Position numbers and translations under genes: made by a program. Source: Priapulus caudatus (Eukaryota). Taken from it: 64,000 nt of DNA. Shown here piece after piece: positions 47,923-59,916 of the stretch. Under the pieces are notes generated by a model. That model was not told the origin of the DNA, ran no database searches, and was given only the letters and a program-made list of their open reading frames with translations. Positions within the stretch are counted from its first letter, which is position 1, and each line of letters opens with the position of its first letter. The stretch covers positions 37,021-101,020 of the forward strand of contig NW_014577075.1 of NCBI RefSeq assembly GCF_000485595.1, in the 5' to 3' direction.

Positions 47923-49449
47923 CTAAGCTGTCTCTTCGCGAGAAAACGTGTTATTGTGCGTGAAATGATGACGTCTGTGTATTGTATAATATAGCCACTG
48001 GCGTGGAAGTCTTGGATATTTGCCAACAAGTCGGCCTTGAATGAATCATGATCATGATTGTGCATCCCATAATGTATACGCGATGATGTGATATATATGC
48101 ATATAATGAGATATATATGAGATATATATGAGATATATGATATATATATATATATATGAGATATATATGAGATATATGCATATAATGCATATATGAGTAA
48201 TGGTAGGGAGAAAGTTGAAGGATGTTGAAGGGAGATGTATAGAGATGTATGCAGTGAATCTCCATGCACGCTGACTACTTTACGTCGCCAAAAGAAAGTC
48301 AACGGAAACGGAAACGGCCCGACGTGTCGAAACTGCGAGAATGTCCGATGAAATCACCACAAGGGGAAAACTAAACCTGTATAGATAGATGTTGTCTATG
48401 GGAATCAAATCTCTGATGCGGGTCTCATATCTAGCTACAAAATATGTAATACGACTTATCCGTGGGGTATTACATGAGCAAGTAAACCGTTCACGACGGT
48501 TATTTACTGCCGTTGCAGTGATATTAATATTTCTGTGAAGGTGGTGTAGCCAAGTCTTAGAACTTAAATACGTACGGTATCCAGGGAAATATATGCGACA
48601 CTAGTATTTCGTAAAACGCAAATTATAGATTGTATGTTCGGAGCCAATGAGTATTACGCTGGTCAATTGCTGCAGTGCACCAGAAGATATTCAAACTCTA
48701 CATATAAATACTTATAGATTAAATATTGTCGATTACGGTCACATGTTAGATACAATGGTGCAATTCAACACATGAAAAGGTAGGAACCCTGCCCTTGTGT
48801 TTGGTTGCATTGATGTGTCTAATAGTCATGTCTACGATACCCTAACGAGGTACAGTTCTAGAGAAACTTATAATATTTATGTCTAAGCATGAATACGCCC
48901 GTCCATATGTACTGTAAGCGGGCAAATCCCACAGTGAGCCAGGGAAAGTGATGGCGATGCGGGAAAGCAATCGGTGTCAGGGGAATGTCATAAGAGGCTG
49001 CGAGCGGACTCCAGATCAAAGAGAGCCGTAACTCTAGATGGCGCAGTCGAGCTGGAAGGCCGGTCATGAATCCCCGACTCCTTGCGGATTGTGACAGGCG
49101 GCGGCCGCACACGTGCTGACCTATAGATGACGGTGCTGACCAATAGATGACTGTGGTGACAACATGGTCAGAATCGACCATGGAGTCACGCCAAGTGCGC
49201 ACCGCGCATCCCGCCACCATATTAGGTAGCGGGAGATAGCAGTAGGAATCTGCACTTTGTCGTGTTCGGGAGGGCCGGTTGATCAGAATTGGGAGCTAAA
49301 GAAGATCTGTGACGTAAGGGAAGAAACGCGATCGCGGGACTGGGGCGCGGCGTATATAAGGGGGAAGCCATCGCTCCTCGGGGCTCTTAGTTCGAGGCGC
49401 CCGCTGAGAAAGTCGAGCTTGAGTATTCCTTTGAAAAACAACGCAAAAA

Positions 49450-49650
49450 GGAGAGGAGGAAGAAGACGAATCTATCGTGTATGATGCACGCGCCGAAAAC
49501 TAAGTAAGGACAACGCAAGAGGGGGAAGAAGATGGCGAAGAAGAAGAAGAAGAGGAGGAGGAACACGAAGAGAAGAAGAAGCGAGAAGAAGAAGAGCAGA
49601 GAAGAAAATAAGAGATGAAGAGAAGAGAAGAGAAGAAGAGAAGAAGATTG
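49450..49650. repeat. (GAA)-rich purine tract
   Basis: direct reading. Confidence 0.9.
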
Positions 49651-52389
49651 TGACATTCGTTATGCAGATTTTCGCCAGCTACACGCAAGGAATGACAGAA
49701 AGCAGCTGATGCTGGACAGCGGCAATATAGGCAGTAATCCGCTGAAAAGACCACAAACGATCAAGAAGAAAGTTCGAGGCGGGTGAGTAAAACAAATTCT
49801 TGTGTCGGCATAAATAGATTAGTAGATGCGTATTAAACTAGCTTTGAAAGGTACGAGCGTATTACTTAGCGAGATATTCAAGCACTTTTCTCCACCTATA
49901 ACTACCGCCACTCCCCACCACCTATATATACCACCCACCCTTCACCACCCTCTACATCCTATTATTTTATTACGTTAGCCATGACTGATTTACCTATAGA
50001 GACGATGGCAACGATAGGCCCGGGACCCGCCCGGAACCCGCGTTAAGAGTATGTGAGGTAAATGGAGCACAGGTAGATTACAGGCGTTAGCGGAACTACG
50101 AGATTACCTGAGAGGGTAATCGTTCTGTTTAGGTGTCACGGTATAAGTATGACTCGGAGGATAGCACAGAGGAAATGTACCCCTAGAGCCAAAACATACA
50201 CAACCACCTTACCTTCCTGATCCATTATTCCTATTGTATACCAAAAAGTGCATATTATACAGTCTCGAAGCTCACACCCTGCGAGGTACGCAAGCATTTT
50301 GCCGATATACGATTTGTTTCAACAGCCTGCACGGGATGTGTTATTATTCCTCGTGTATTGTAGTATTATTTGGTGTAATCTTTGCGTGAAACGTTATGTA
50401 GAAATTTGTCATCGTTTTTTTGTCGTAACGGTACGTTTACACTATATTGTCGGACTGCTAAACACATTCTTCAATTAGAGTTTGATATAGGCCTTAAACA
50501 TCTAATCGAAAATATGAAATCAGTTTTGCGTTTTTTTTGTTGGCTGTATGATGTGTGGAATGACAAAGGTTGTCAGGTCCAGCATCGGTGCTCTTAACTG
50601 ACGATTATGAAGCGGAGCAAGCGGAGCCTCGAGCGTATGTTAAAAGTGGTTTCCGGTATACGTATTCCGGCTAATAACGTATTCGGTAATTACGTATTCG
50701 GTAATACCGTATACCGTAATGCGTGTCGGTACGCCGCAATAATTGTTGGTATTGTAGGCTATTGTAGGTTTTATAGGAACGACACACGTAACGTTTACAG
50801 GCATAAAAAGAAGCAAGGATTGAGAGTAATTTCGGCAGCGATATCAAAAATGTTTTACTGGCTAAATGGTGTTGAAGTTCTGACTCGTATGGTGATCGAA
50901 CTTTATCGTTCACTTGTTTTGCTAGAGTAATAATAAGTGGCGAGGTTGAAATCGAAAGCTAAATTGAGGAGAATAGAATAAATAAATTAAATGTTGTTCG
51001 TACCGGTAACGATCGACTAACGAAATGTTTTTGTAGCAGCGTACCTATACGGGAATATAGGAGAATTCTCCTGTTGTGAAGAGCTTCCAGATACGCTAAC
51101 CACGATATTTTACATGACTTTGTCCTGGCGGCGGGATATTTATTTGCAAGTAAGGCGCGTTAATATTATCGTTCGGTTTTTAGGGCAGCCAACCTATACG
51201 ATGATAGTAGCAACGGCCTTTTTTTCGAGACTGCCAGTCGATTTTCGTTCATTATATAGGTGGAGTTGCGCTTGTTCGACTAGCAGTCACCAATCGATGT
51301 CCTCCCAGGGCCGGCGAAAATCTTTCTTTTCTATTGACAGCAGCCAGGGGGTTGGCGCAACGTGAAGCGATGGGTGCATCGTTCTCGGTAGGAGGGAGGG
51401 GAATTGTAAGCAGGGCAAAGTCCCATCAGTGAGCCAGGGAAGAGTGGATGAGCGATGGCGGGAAAGCAATCGGGTGTCAGCCATCGTCATAAGAGGCTGC
51501 GAGGCGGACTCCAGATCAAAGAGAGGCCACCAGCAGTACCACTTGTAAACTCCACTCTAGACTGGCGCGTCGAGGCTGGAAGGCCGGTCATCGAATCCCC
51601 ACTCCTTGCGGATTGTGACAGGGCGGCCCAGGCGGCGGCCGCAGAGATGTTGAGCAGATGATCTAATGACACCATGGCCCAGAATCGGACGTAGTCGAGT
51701 CCGAGCAAAGGGGAAATACGCACGCCGAGCCTCTTACTTGGCGGGTGAGGTGTAATAAACGGCGGCAGTCCTTGCGGAGGCTACACCAAGCACCTTAGTT
51801 TAGGTGTGGGACCAGGCCGTTGTGGCCAAAAAGGGAGCTAACACGAAAGCGTGGACGTTTAGGAAGAGGAACGCCGTAGCAAATAGGTGAGCAGCAGCCT
51901 CTCCTCCGTGGCTCTTGTGTACAAGAACACCCGCGGGAAAAAGGTGTAAGTGCTGCGTGATACTGGTTACTATGGCATTATACACGCCTCTTTCTAAATC
52001 GGTAGCACACTGATGAACGTTATGTATCGTATTAGAGATTTAGTAAAACCCTAGATGATATAGTTTACTTCTTGTCTTGTCTTATCTCTCTAGTCTATTA
52101 CAGACCTTCCACGTCGGTAGTGCAAACTACACGCCTACAGTAGCGATTAAATTCATGAGCAACTCAATGCCTACGGTACACAACTATAGGCTCTTACTTG
52201 TTTTAAAACCCTGAAGTAGGTAGGTTTTCGACACATACAGTAAACCAGTGCGCGCGCGGGCCACCACTATGTAATGTGGAAGGGAATGATGTGTCCCAAA
52301 ATTCAAGGACGTTCAATGATCGATTGATTGTCAATTGAACATGTCAATTTAATCAGTTCACACGTTCCAATCACGTTACGTTCACGCAC

Positions 52390-53855
52390 CGTAACAGTAC
52401 GGCACCCTCGCACTCCAGGTATCACGCACGTAGCACGCCAGGTACAGCGCAAACGTACCACGCGAGTACACGCAGGTACACGGCACGTACGCGAGCTGAT
52501 ACACGCCACGGTACACGCGGGTACAGCACGTAACACGCGGGACACGAGGAACTACACGCCCCAGTACACGCGGGTACACGCACGTAGCACGCAAGGTCAC
52601 ACCACGTAACACGCAGATACAGCGCAGTACACGCGGGATACATCGCATGTACAGCGCAGATACCACGCACGTATCATGCACGCGGTAAGCACGCACGTAC
52701 ACGCGGGTACACGCACGGGTACACGCGGGGTACACGCACGTAACACGCCAATGATACACCGCGGTACACGCGGGTACAGCGCAAACGTACACGCGGGTAC
52801 AACGGGCAACGTACACGCAGGTAACACGCACGTACAAGCCGCGGGTACACGCACGTACACGAGCACGATCACATGCAGATTAACGCACGGTACACCGCGG
52901 TACACGGCACGTACACACAGATACACGCCGTAGCACGCACGAACAGCCGCAAGATCACACTGCAGATACACGCACGTACACGCGGGTACACGCACGTACA
53001 CACAGATACAACCGCACCGTAGCATCGCGTACACGCAACGTACACGCAGGTACAGGAGGCGGCACGTACACGAGGTAGCACCGCACGTAACACAGCAGGT
53101 ACACCCGCACGTACACGTCAGGTACACGCACGTACACGCTACGTACACGCGGTACACCGCACGTACACACAGATACACGCACGTACAACGCGGCGACAGC
53201 GCACGTCACACGCAGGTAACACCGCACGTAACACGCAGCTGTGCCGCGGGTACAACGCACGTACATCCGCGGCGTTAACGGAGATACGCCACATACACGC
53301 GGGTAAACGCACGTACACGCAGGTACACGCACGTACACGCTGGAACACGCACGTACACGCGGTACACGCACGTACACGCGGGTAACACGCACGTACACCG
53401 CGCACGCGGTACACCACGTGCACGCACAGTGCACGCGGGTACACGTACGTACACGCAGGTACACGCACGTAGCCAGGCGGGTACACGCGACGTACACGCA
53501 GTAACACGCAAGCAGTACAGCCGCGGGGTATCAGCGCACGTACACGCGGGTGCAGCGCACGGTACACGCGGGCGAACGCACTCACACGCGGGTAAAACGC
53601 AACTTACACGCAGGTAACACGCACAGTACGCGCAGATACACGCACGTACACGCGGGTACACGGAGATAAAAGCGCACGGTAAACACGCGGGTAGCACGCA
53701 CGTACACGCACGCTACACGCCGGCGTACACGCACGTACACGCAAGATACAGCGCAGCGTAACACGCACGTACCACGCCACGTACACCCACGTGCAACGCG
53801 GGTACACGCACGTAATACGCGAGAACACGCAGCGTAACACAGCGGTAAACGCCAC
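52390..53855. repeat. ACACGCACGT/ACACGCGGGT 10-bp (20-bp higher-order) satellite, noisy copy
   Basis: direct reading. Confidence 0.95.
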
Positions 53856-54159
53856 TTAGTCTGGGAAACGCCGGCTCCGTTGCGTTTCTAGCAACGTGCG
53901 TGCTACCGCGCCTTCCGTCGATGCTTCTGTGGGCATGTGCAGTAGTATGCGTTTGATTTGGCGATAGACGAGTCTCGGCAATTGCTCGATAGACGAGCCT
54001 CGGCAATTGCTCATTCCATGCTTCAATACGCCTATTCAGTAAAATATTATTCCAATATTCGATTTTGATTTGTCAATTCGTCAATTCGTCCAATCGTCAA
54101 TTCGGGATTCAATTGGCAATTCGTTATTTAATTGTCAATTGAACGTTTGAAATGATTAA

Positions 54160-54770
54160 AGGGAAGTAGCCTCTAGGAATTTTACTGCATAGCAACTGTC
54201 ACTTAACTGTATAAATCAGTCGTCTATACCCACATGTATTTGTCACCAGATACTTAATTAAATATATTTACACATCACAGCTACGAAAATTTTGAACTGC
54301 GCCATACACCCGCGCACCGTGCCTGCACCCTGAAAAAGTTGCGTATTTTGCATTTTTATTTTGCAGGTAAAACGTGATCCGAGGGCTAATCACAAAAGTG
54401 CAGATTATATTATACCTAAATGCTATTTAAACACGAACGATATCATTTTAGGGCAGAAGTTTATCCATATTATAAACTGAAACTATATGTGCGTTATAAG
54501 ATATTCATCTTTGCTATTTAAAATGAATAAATAAGAAAACCCTCGGTCTGCGCCCTTGGCTGGTAAAGTGATTTTGCGCAACTTCTCAGATCGTGCGACT
54601 TTGAGTGGCGCCACGTCGTTGTATATCAACTGTAGTCGTTAGTTTTAAAACATTTTTTAAAAATATTTCTACCAATGTGATTGAACATGAAACTTGTTTT
54701 ATGTAGCCGAATTATAAACCGCTAAATTAAGCTGAAATAACGGCCTAGAACCTAGAGGGCTACTGTTCCT
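54160..54770. mobile_element. Kolobok-like MITE (TTAA TSD, AGG...CCT termini)
   Basis: TTAA|AGGGAAGTAGCCTCTAGG ... CCTAGAGGGCTACTGTTCCT|TTAA. Confidence 0.75.
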
Positions 54771-57133
54771 TTAAAAACGACTGTTCAATTGACACAATCA
54801 ATCGATCATTGAAGCGTTTGAATTGTTAATATGACTGTTCAATTGAACACAATCAATGATCAATTGAACCGTTTGAAGATTAAATTGACTGTTTTCAATT
54901 GAACAATCAACCGATACAAATTGAACGTTTGAATTTTGACACATATCCCTCCCATAATTTAATGAACACTGAGCTTGGAATCCGCCTAACGCGGGCTTAG
55001 TGACTGTGGAATGCATGGTGTTACAGTAGTGTTTATGTGTAAGGTGTTAAATATGGAGAGTTTAGTTGTGTGCACATGTTTGTCTTTTTATGGTTGTAAT
55101 CAGCAGACTTGGAACGTCCATATAAAAAAAAATGTAATATAAACACGAAATGTAACCAAAAGTCTTAATGTTTCTCTACATCTACTTTCCGCCTATAATG
55201 CACCTGATATATATGCCAGTCAACAATCTCCTATCTGGAACACTGCAAATAGCACCGCACCGCACCGCGCTGTGCACGAACAACATGAATAAGAGAGTAT
55301 AAGTCCCCCTATTTTCAAGGGCAAATGTTTTACCCTTTTTTGTTTTTTTGTCTGTTTAAGCTTTTTTTGCCGGTTTTACCAACCGAGTATAGTTTAGAAC
55401 CCCGTCTCTGGTGTACTCATCGATCTCTTCTGTGAATTTAGCGCTATTTGATCCAAACTTGACGGAGCCTTTCTTAACATACATAGCATAGCATACAGAC
55501 ATTGCAAATTATCAGTAAAGATAAACGCATAGCTAGCATTGCATACCAAACGTGTTCGCGGTTTCCCACTAATAATGCAATCCCGTGTTAGTCACGCTAA
55601 GTGAGTTCATGCCACGTCGAAGCGACCACTTCAAATTTCTGTTGTCGCGCGTTTCGCACCCATCACGCGAGAGAGCGACCATTCTCATCAATAAGGGCGT
55701 GGACAGGTTACTCTGAGGAGAGGGCGCGACAGCGAGCAGCTATAAGCCATGCGTCCCCCCCCCCACTCACTATTCACACTATGTACGACGCGAACAGAAC
55801 TGGATATTCATGGACGCGATGTAATAGCGTCTTCTAGGCTAGCTACAACTCGGCGGCTGCGCCTATGGTGTCCATCAATGGCGCTGCCCCAGTGTCTCAT
55901 GCGCCTACGTGTCGCACAACCCGGCCATGAGGCTATCCTAACACGCTTACACGACACGAGCAGCATTGCCTATATACCTGTACCCACCGAGGAGATTTAA
56001 CAGGCCGTGTAATGGCATCCGCCAATGTGCATTGGCACCGTCTTCAATACTCACATAGCGCCATTTCTGTACGCGTGTGGGAAGATATAGGAAAAGTGGG
56101 GGGTAACTGTATAAAGCCCCTACCAACTATCGCGGACATTCTTATACATAAACGACAAAGAATAAGCACGTCGAGGATTTCACATTGCTGGCGCGTCTCG
56201 GATATGACATGAGTACCTCGACAAACAGTTCTTCAGTTTTACGTAAACGCGCCAACAGAGAAAGCAGTTTAGCCTCAAGGTCTGAATAACGATAGCAGCA
56301 AAACCGCTCTAACAGCATTCCAACGCGCTAAAATTAACCGCGTATAGTAGAGTAATATTTAATAATATAATAAGCTCTACTATAGCAGGTTAATATATAC
56401 TATAAATATATTATATTTATATATATATTATATATCAAGAGTACCATAATAGAGGATATACATAATACTGTATTTTTTTTTAAAATGTACTTCTTGATAT
56501 ATATATACAGGGTTAGACACTAACGCATTTTAGTTCATTAGTCCCACCAGCGACTAGTAAAACGAAAAAAGTGTACTAGTCCTTCCAAGATTCTACTAGT
56601 CCTGTCGAAGGACTCTTACTAGGCGCAGAAGCGACGAGCATTGTTATTTGCCAGGAGTAAGGTGGGGTATGGAGGGTGGCGCCCTCTGCCTGCTAGGGGG
56701 TACAGGGGGTCTCTCCCAAGTACAAGTGTTGTCCGCCCACAGAAAGGTTTTGTAAAAGACATGCAATTGTATAAAATAATGTAACTTTGATATGGATCAT
56801 AAAAATTAAAACTTAAATTAAATAAAATGTTTAAATTCCGAAATAACATTTCGGCTGCTCTTGATGAGGAATGCTGTGATTCGTCACCTTATCACAGCAA
56901 GGAATTTGGCCCTCAGTTTATAGGCTACAACCTGTTCCGGCGCTCGTTGTATGCGGCTATCGCCGAATATAACCTCTGCAGCCTTGTCGGTAAAGGTAAG
57001 TGCTGTCGACATCTAAACCCTTGGGCCTTGTCACGCTAGCACAGCTGACGTACATTGGTGTAAGGGCCTGCACCGTTTTTTTACAATAGCAATGTGCATT
57101 TCTAATGGGGTTCGCCCATTTACTAATTCGCTG

Positions 57134-57143
57134 NNNNNNNNNN
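57134..57143. other. assembly gap (10 N)
   Basis: N run. Confidence 1.
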
Positions 57144-57317
57144 CCCGAGCAAAAACTTGGTGGGCTTCGGCCTCCGGGTCTGCACTAATTTCGAACGCTG
57201 CCGGCGGCACGGGAGCGATTTTTTCTCGTATTTTCGCTCTCGTAATTGTTGTTATCAGAGCGCTTTGAAAGCTGACGGGAGCGAAATCGCTCGCCGCTCC
57301 CGTGTATTTTTTTCGCT

Positions 57318-57558
57318 GGTACACGCACGTACACGCAGGTACACGCACGTACACTCAGATACACGCACGTACACGCAGGTACACGGAGATACACGCACGT
57401 ACACGCGGGTACACGCACGTACACGCACGTACACGCGGGTACACGCACGTACACGCAGATACACGCACGTACCCGCGGGTACACGCACGTACACGCGGGT
57501 ATACGCACGTGCACGCGGGTACACGAACGTACACGCACGTACACGCGGGTACACGCAC
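57318..57558. repeat. same 10-bp satellite, clean copy
   Basis: direct reading. Confidence 0.97.
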
Positions 57559-57663
57559 TTAGCTGGGAAACGCCGGCCGATTGCGTTTCTAGCAACGTGC
57601 GTGCTACCGCGCCTTCCGTCATGCTTCTGTGCGCATGTGCAGTAGGTATGCGTTTGATTTGGC

Positions 57664-57738
57664 GATAGACGAGCCTCGGCAATTGCTCGATAGACGAGCC
57701 TCGGCAATTGCTCGATAGACGAGCCTCGGCAATTGCTC
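57664..57738. repeat. 3 x 25-bp tandem GATAGACGAGCCTCGGCAATTGCTC
   Basis: direct reading; 2 copies at about 53962-54012. Confidence 0.95.
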
Positions 57739-58250
57739 CATTCCATGATTCAATACGCCTATTCAGTAATATTCAATATTCGATTTTGATTTGTCAATTC
57801 GTCAATTCGTCCAATCGTCAATTCGGCGATTCAATTTGGCAATTCGTTATTTAATTGCTCAATTGAACGTTTGAATTATTAAAGGGACAGTAGCCTCTAG
57901 GATTTGTAAAAAATTAATTGTAAATAAACACGAAATGTACCAAAGTCTTAATGTTTCTCTACTCTATTTCGCCTATAATCACCTGTAAATGCCAGTCAAA
58001 TGCTCATCTGGAACACGCAAATACACCGCACGCCCGCGCTGTGCACAAACAACATGAATAAGAGATATAGTGCCCCCTATTTTCAAGCAAATGTTTACCT
58101 TTTTTGGGTTGTTTTGTCTGTTTTAAGCTTTTTTTGCGGTTTTCAACCGAGTATAGTTTAGAACCCGTCCCGTGTACTCATCGATCTCTTCTGTGAATTT
58201 AGCGCTATTTGGATCCAAACTGACGGAGCCTTTCATTAACATACATACAT

Positions 58251-59906
58251 ACATACATACATACAACATTCGCCAAATTATAGTAAGATAACCATACTAG
58301 ATGCATAACATAAACGTGTTCGCGGTTCCACTAATAATTGCATCCCGTGTTAGTCACGCTATGAGTTCATCCACTCGGAAGCGACCCAAATTTCTGTTCG
58401 TCGCGCCGTTCCACCATCACGCCGAGAGAGCGACATTCCATCAATAGGGCGTGGACAGGTTACTCTGAGGAGATGGCGCGACAGCGAGCAGCTATAGCCA
58501 TCGTCTCCCCACTCACTATTCACCTATGTACGACGCGACAAAACTGGATATTCATGGACGCGATGTGAAAGCGTGTTCTTACACTCGGCGGCTGCGCCTA
58601 TGGTGTCCATCAATGGCTGCCCCAGTGTCCCGTGCGCCTACGTGTCCACAACCCGGCCATGCAGCTATATAACACGCTACAGACACGACAGCATTGCTAT
58701 ATACTGTACCCACCGCAGGGAGATTAACAGCCGTGTATGGCATCGTCAATGGTGCATGGCACCGGTCTTATACTCACATGCGCCATTTCTGTACCGTGTG
58801 GGAAGATATAAGAAATGGGGAGTAAACTGTATAAAGCCCCACCAACTATCGCGGACATTTTATACATAAACGACAAAAATAAGCACGTCGAGGATTCACA
58901 TTGTCTGGCGCGTCTCGGATATGACATGATATGAGTACCTCGACAAACAGTTCTTCAAGTTTCACGTAAACGCGAACAGAGAAGCAGTTAGCCTCAGGTC
59001 TGAATAACGATAGCAGTCAAACCCGCTCTAACAGCATTCAACGCGCATAAATTAACCTGTATAGTAGAGTATATATATATATATATACTCTACTATACAG
59101 GTTAATTTATGCGCGTTGAATGCTGTTAGAGCGGGTTTGACTGCTATCGTTATTCAGACCTGAGGCTAACTGCTTCTCTGTTCGCGTTTACGTGAAACTT
59201 GAAGAACTGTTTGTCGAGGTACTCATATCATGTCATATCCGAGACGCGCCAGACAATGTGAATCCTCGACGTGCTTATTTTTGTCGTTTATGTATAAAAT
59301 GTCCGCGATAGTTGGTGGGGCTTTATACAGTTTACTCCCCATTTCTTATATCTTCCCACACGGTACAGAAATGGCGCATGTGAGTATAAGACCGGTGCCA
59401 TGCACCATTGACGATGCCATACACGGCTGTTAATCTCCCTGCGGTGGGTACAGTATATAGCAATGCTGTCGTGTCTGTAGCGTGTTATATAGCTGCATGG
59501 CCGGGTTGTGGACACGTAGGCGCACGGGACACTGGGGCAGCCATTGATGGACACCATAGGCGCAGCCGCCGAGTGTAAGAACACGCTTTCACATCGCGTC
59601 CATGAATATCCAGTTTTGTCGCGTCGTACATAGGTGAATAGTGAGTGGGGAGACGATGGCTATAGCTGCTCGCTGTCGCGCCATCTCCTCAGAGTAACCT
59701 GTCCACGCCCTATTGATGGAATGTCGCTCTCTCGGCGTGATGGTGGAACGGCGCGACGAACAGAAATTTGGGTCGCTTCCGAGTGGATGAACTCATAGCG
59801 TGACTAACACGGGATGCAATTATTAGTGGAACCGCGAACACGTTTATGTTATGCATCTAGTATGGTTATCTTACTATAATTTGGCGAATGTTGTATGTAT
59901 GTATGT
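58251..59906. repeat. perfect palindrome, 828-bp arms centred on (TA)n at 59078/59079
   Basis: identical mirror ORFs 58573..58869(+) and 59288..59584(-); ends at N gap. Confidence 0.97.
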
Positions 59907-59916
59907 NNNNNNNNNN
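59907..59916. other. assembly gap (10 N)
   Basis: N run. Confidence 1.

Larger units (their letters stand above)
52277..54954. mobile_element. about 2.7-kb TIR element carrying an internal 10-bp satellite
   Basis: left TGGAAGGGAATGATGTGTCCCAAAATTCAAGGACGTTCAAT vs right ATTGAACGTTTGAATTTTGACACATATCCCTCCCA; CAATTGAAC subterminal repeats at both ends. Confidence 0.7.

Noticed and set aside
50640..50735. About 15-bp CGTATTCGGTAAT tandem within a 107-aa ORF
   Set aside because: Short repeat typical of non-autonomous element interiors. No element ends or coding signal could be defined.
52300..54006. Many Cys/Val/Arg-rich ORFs
   Set aside because: Produced by the stop-poor 10-bp satellite.
57664..57738. 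25-bp direct repeats resembling a CRISPR array
   Set aside because: Head-to-tail with no spacers, no cas genes, eukaryotic context.
58573..59584. Identical convergent gene pair (98 aa and 67 aa ORFs)
   Set aside because: Mirror images from the palindrome, with no recognisable protein features.
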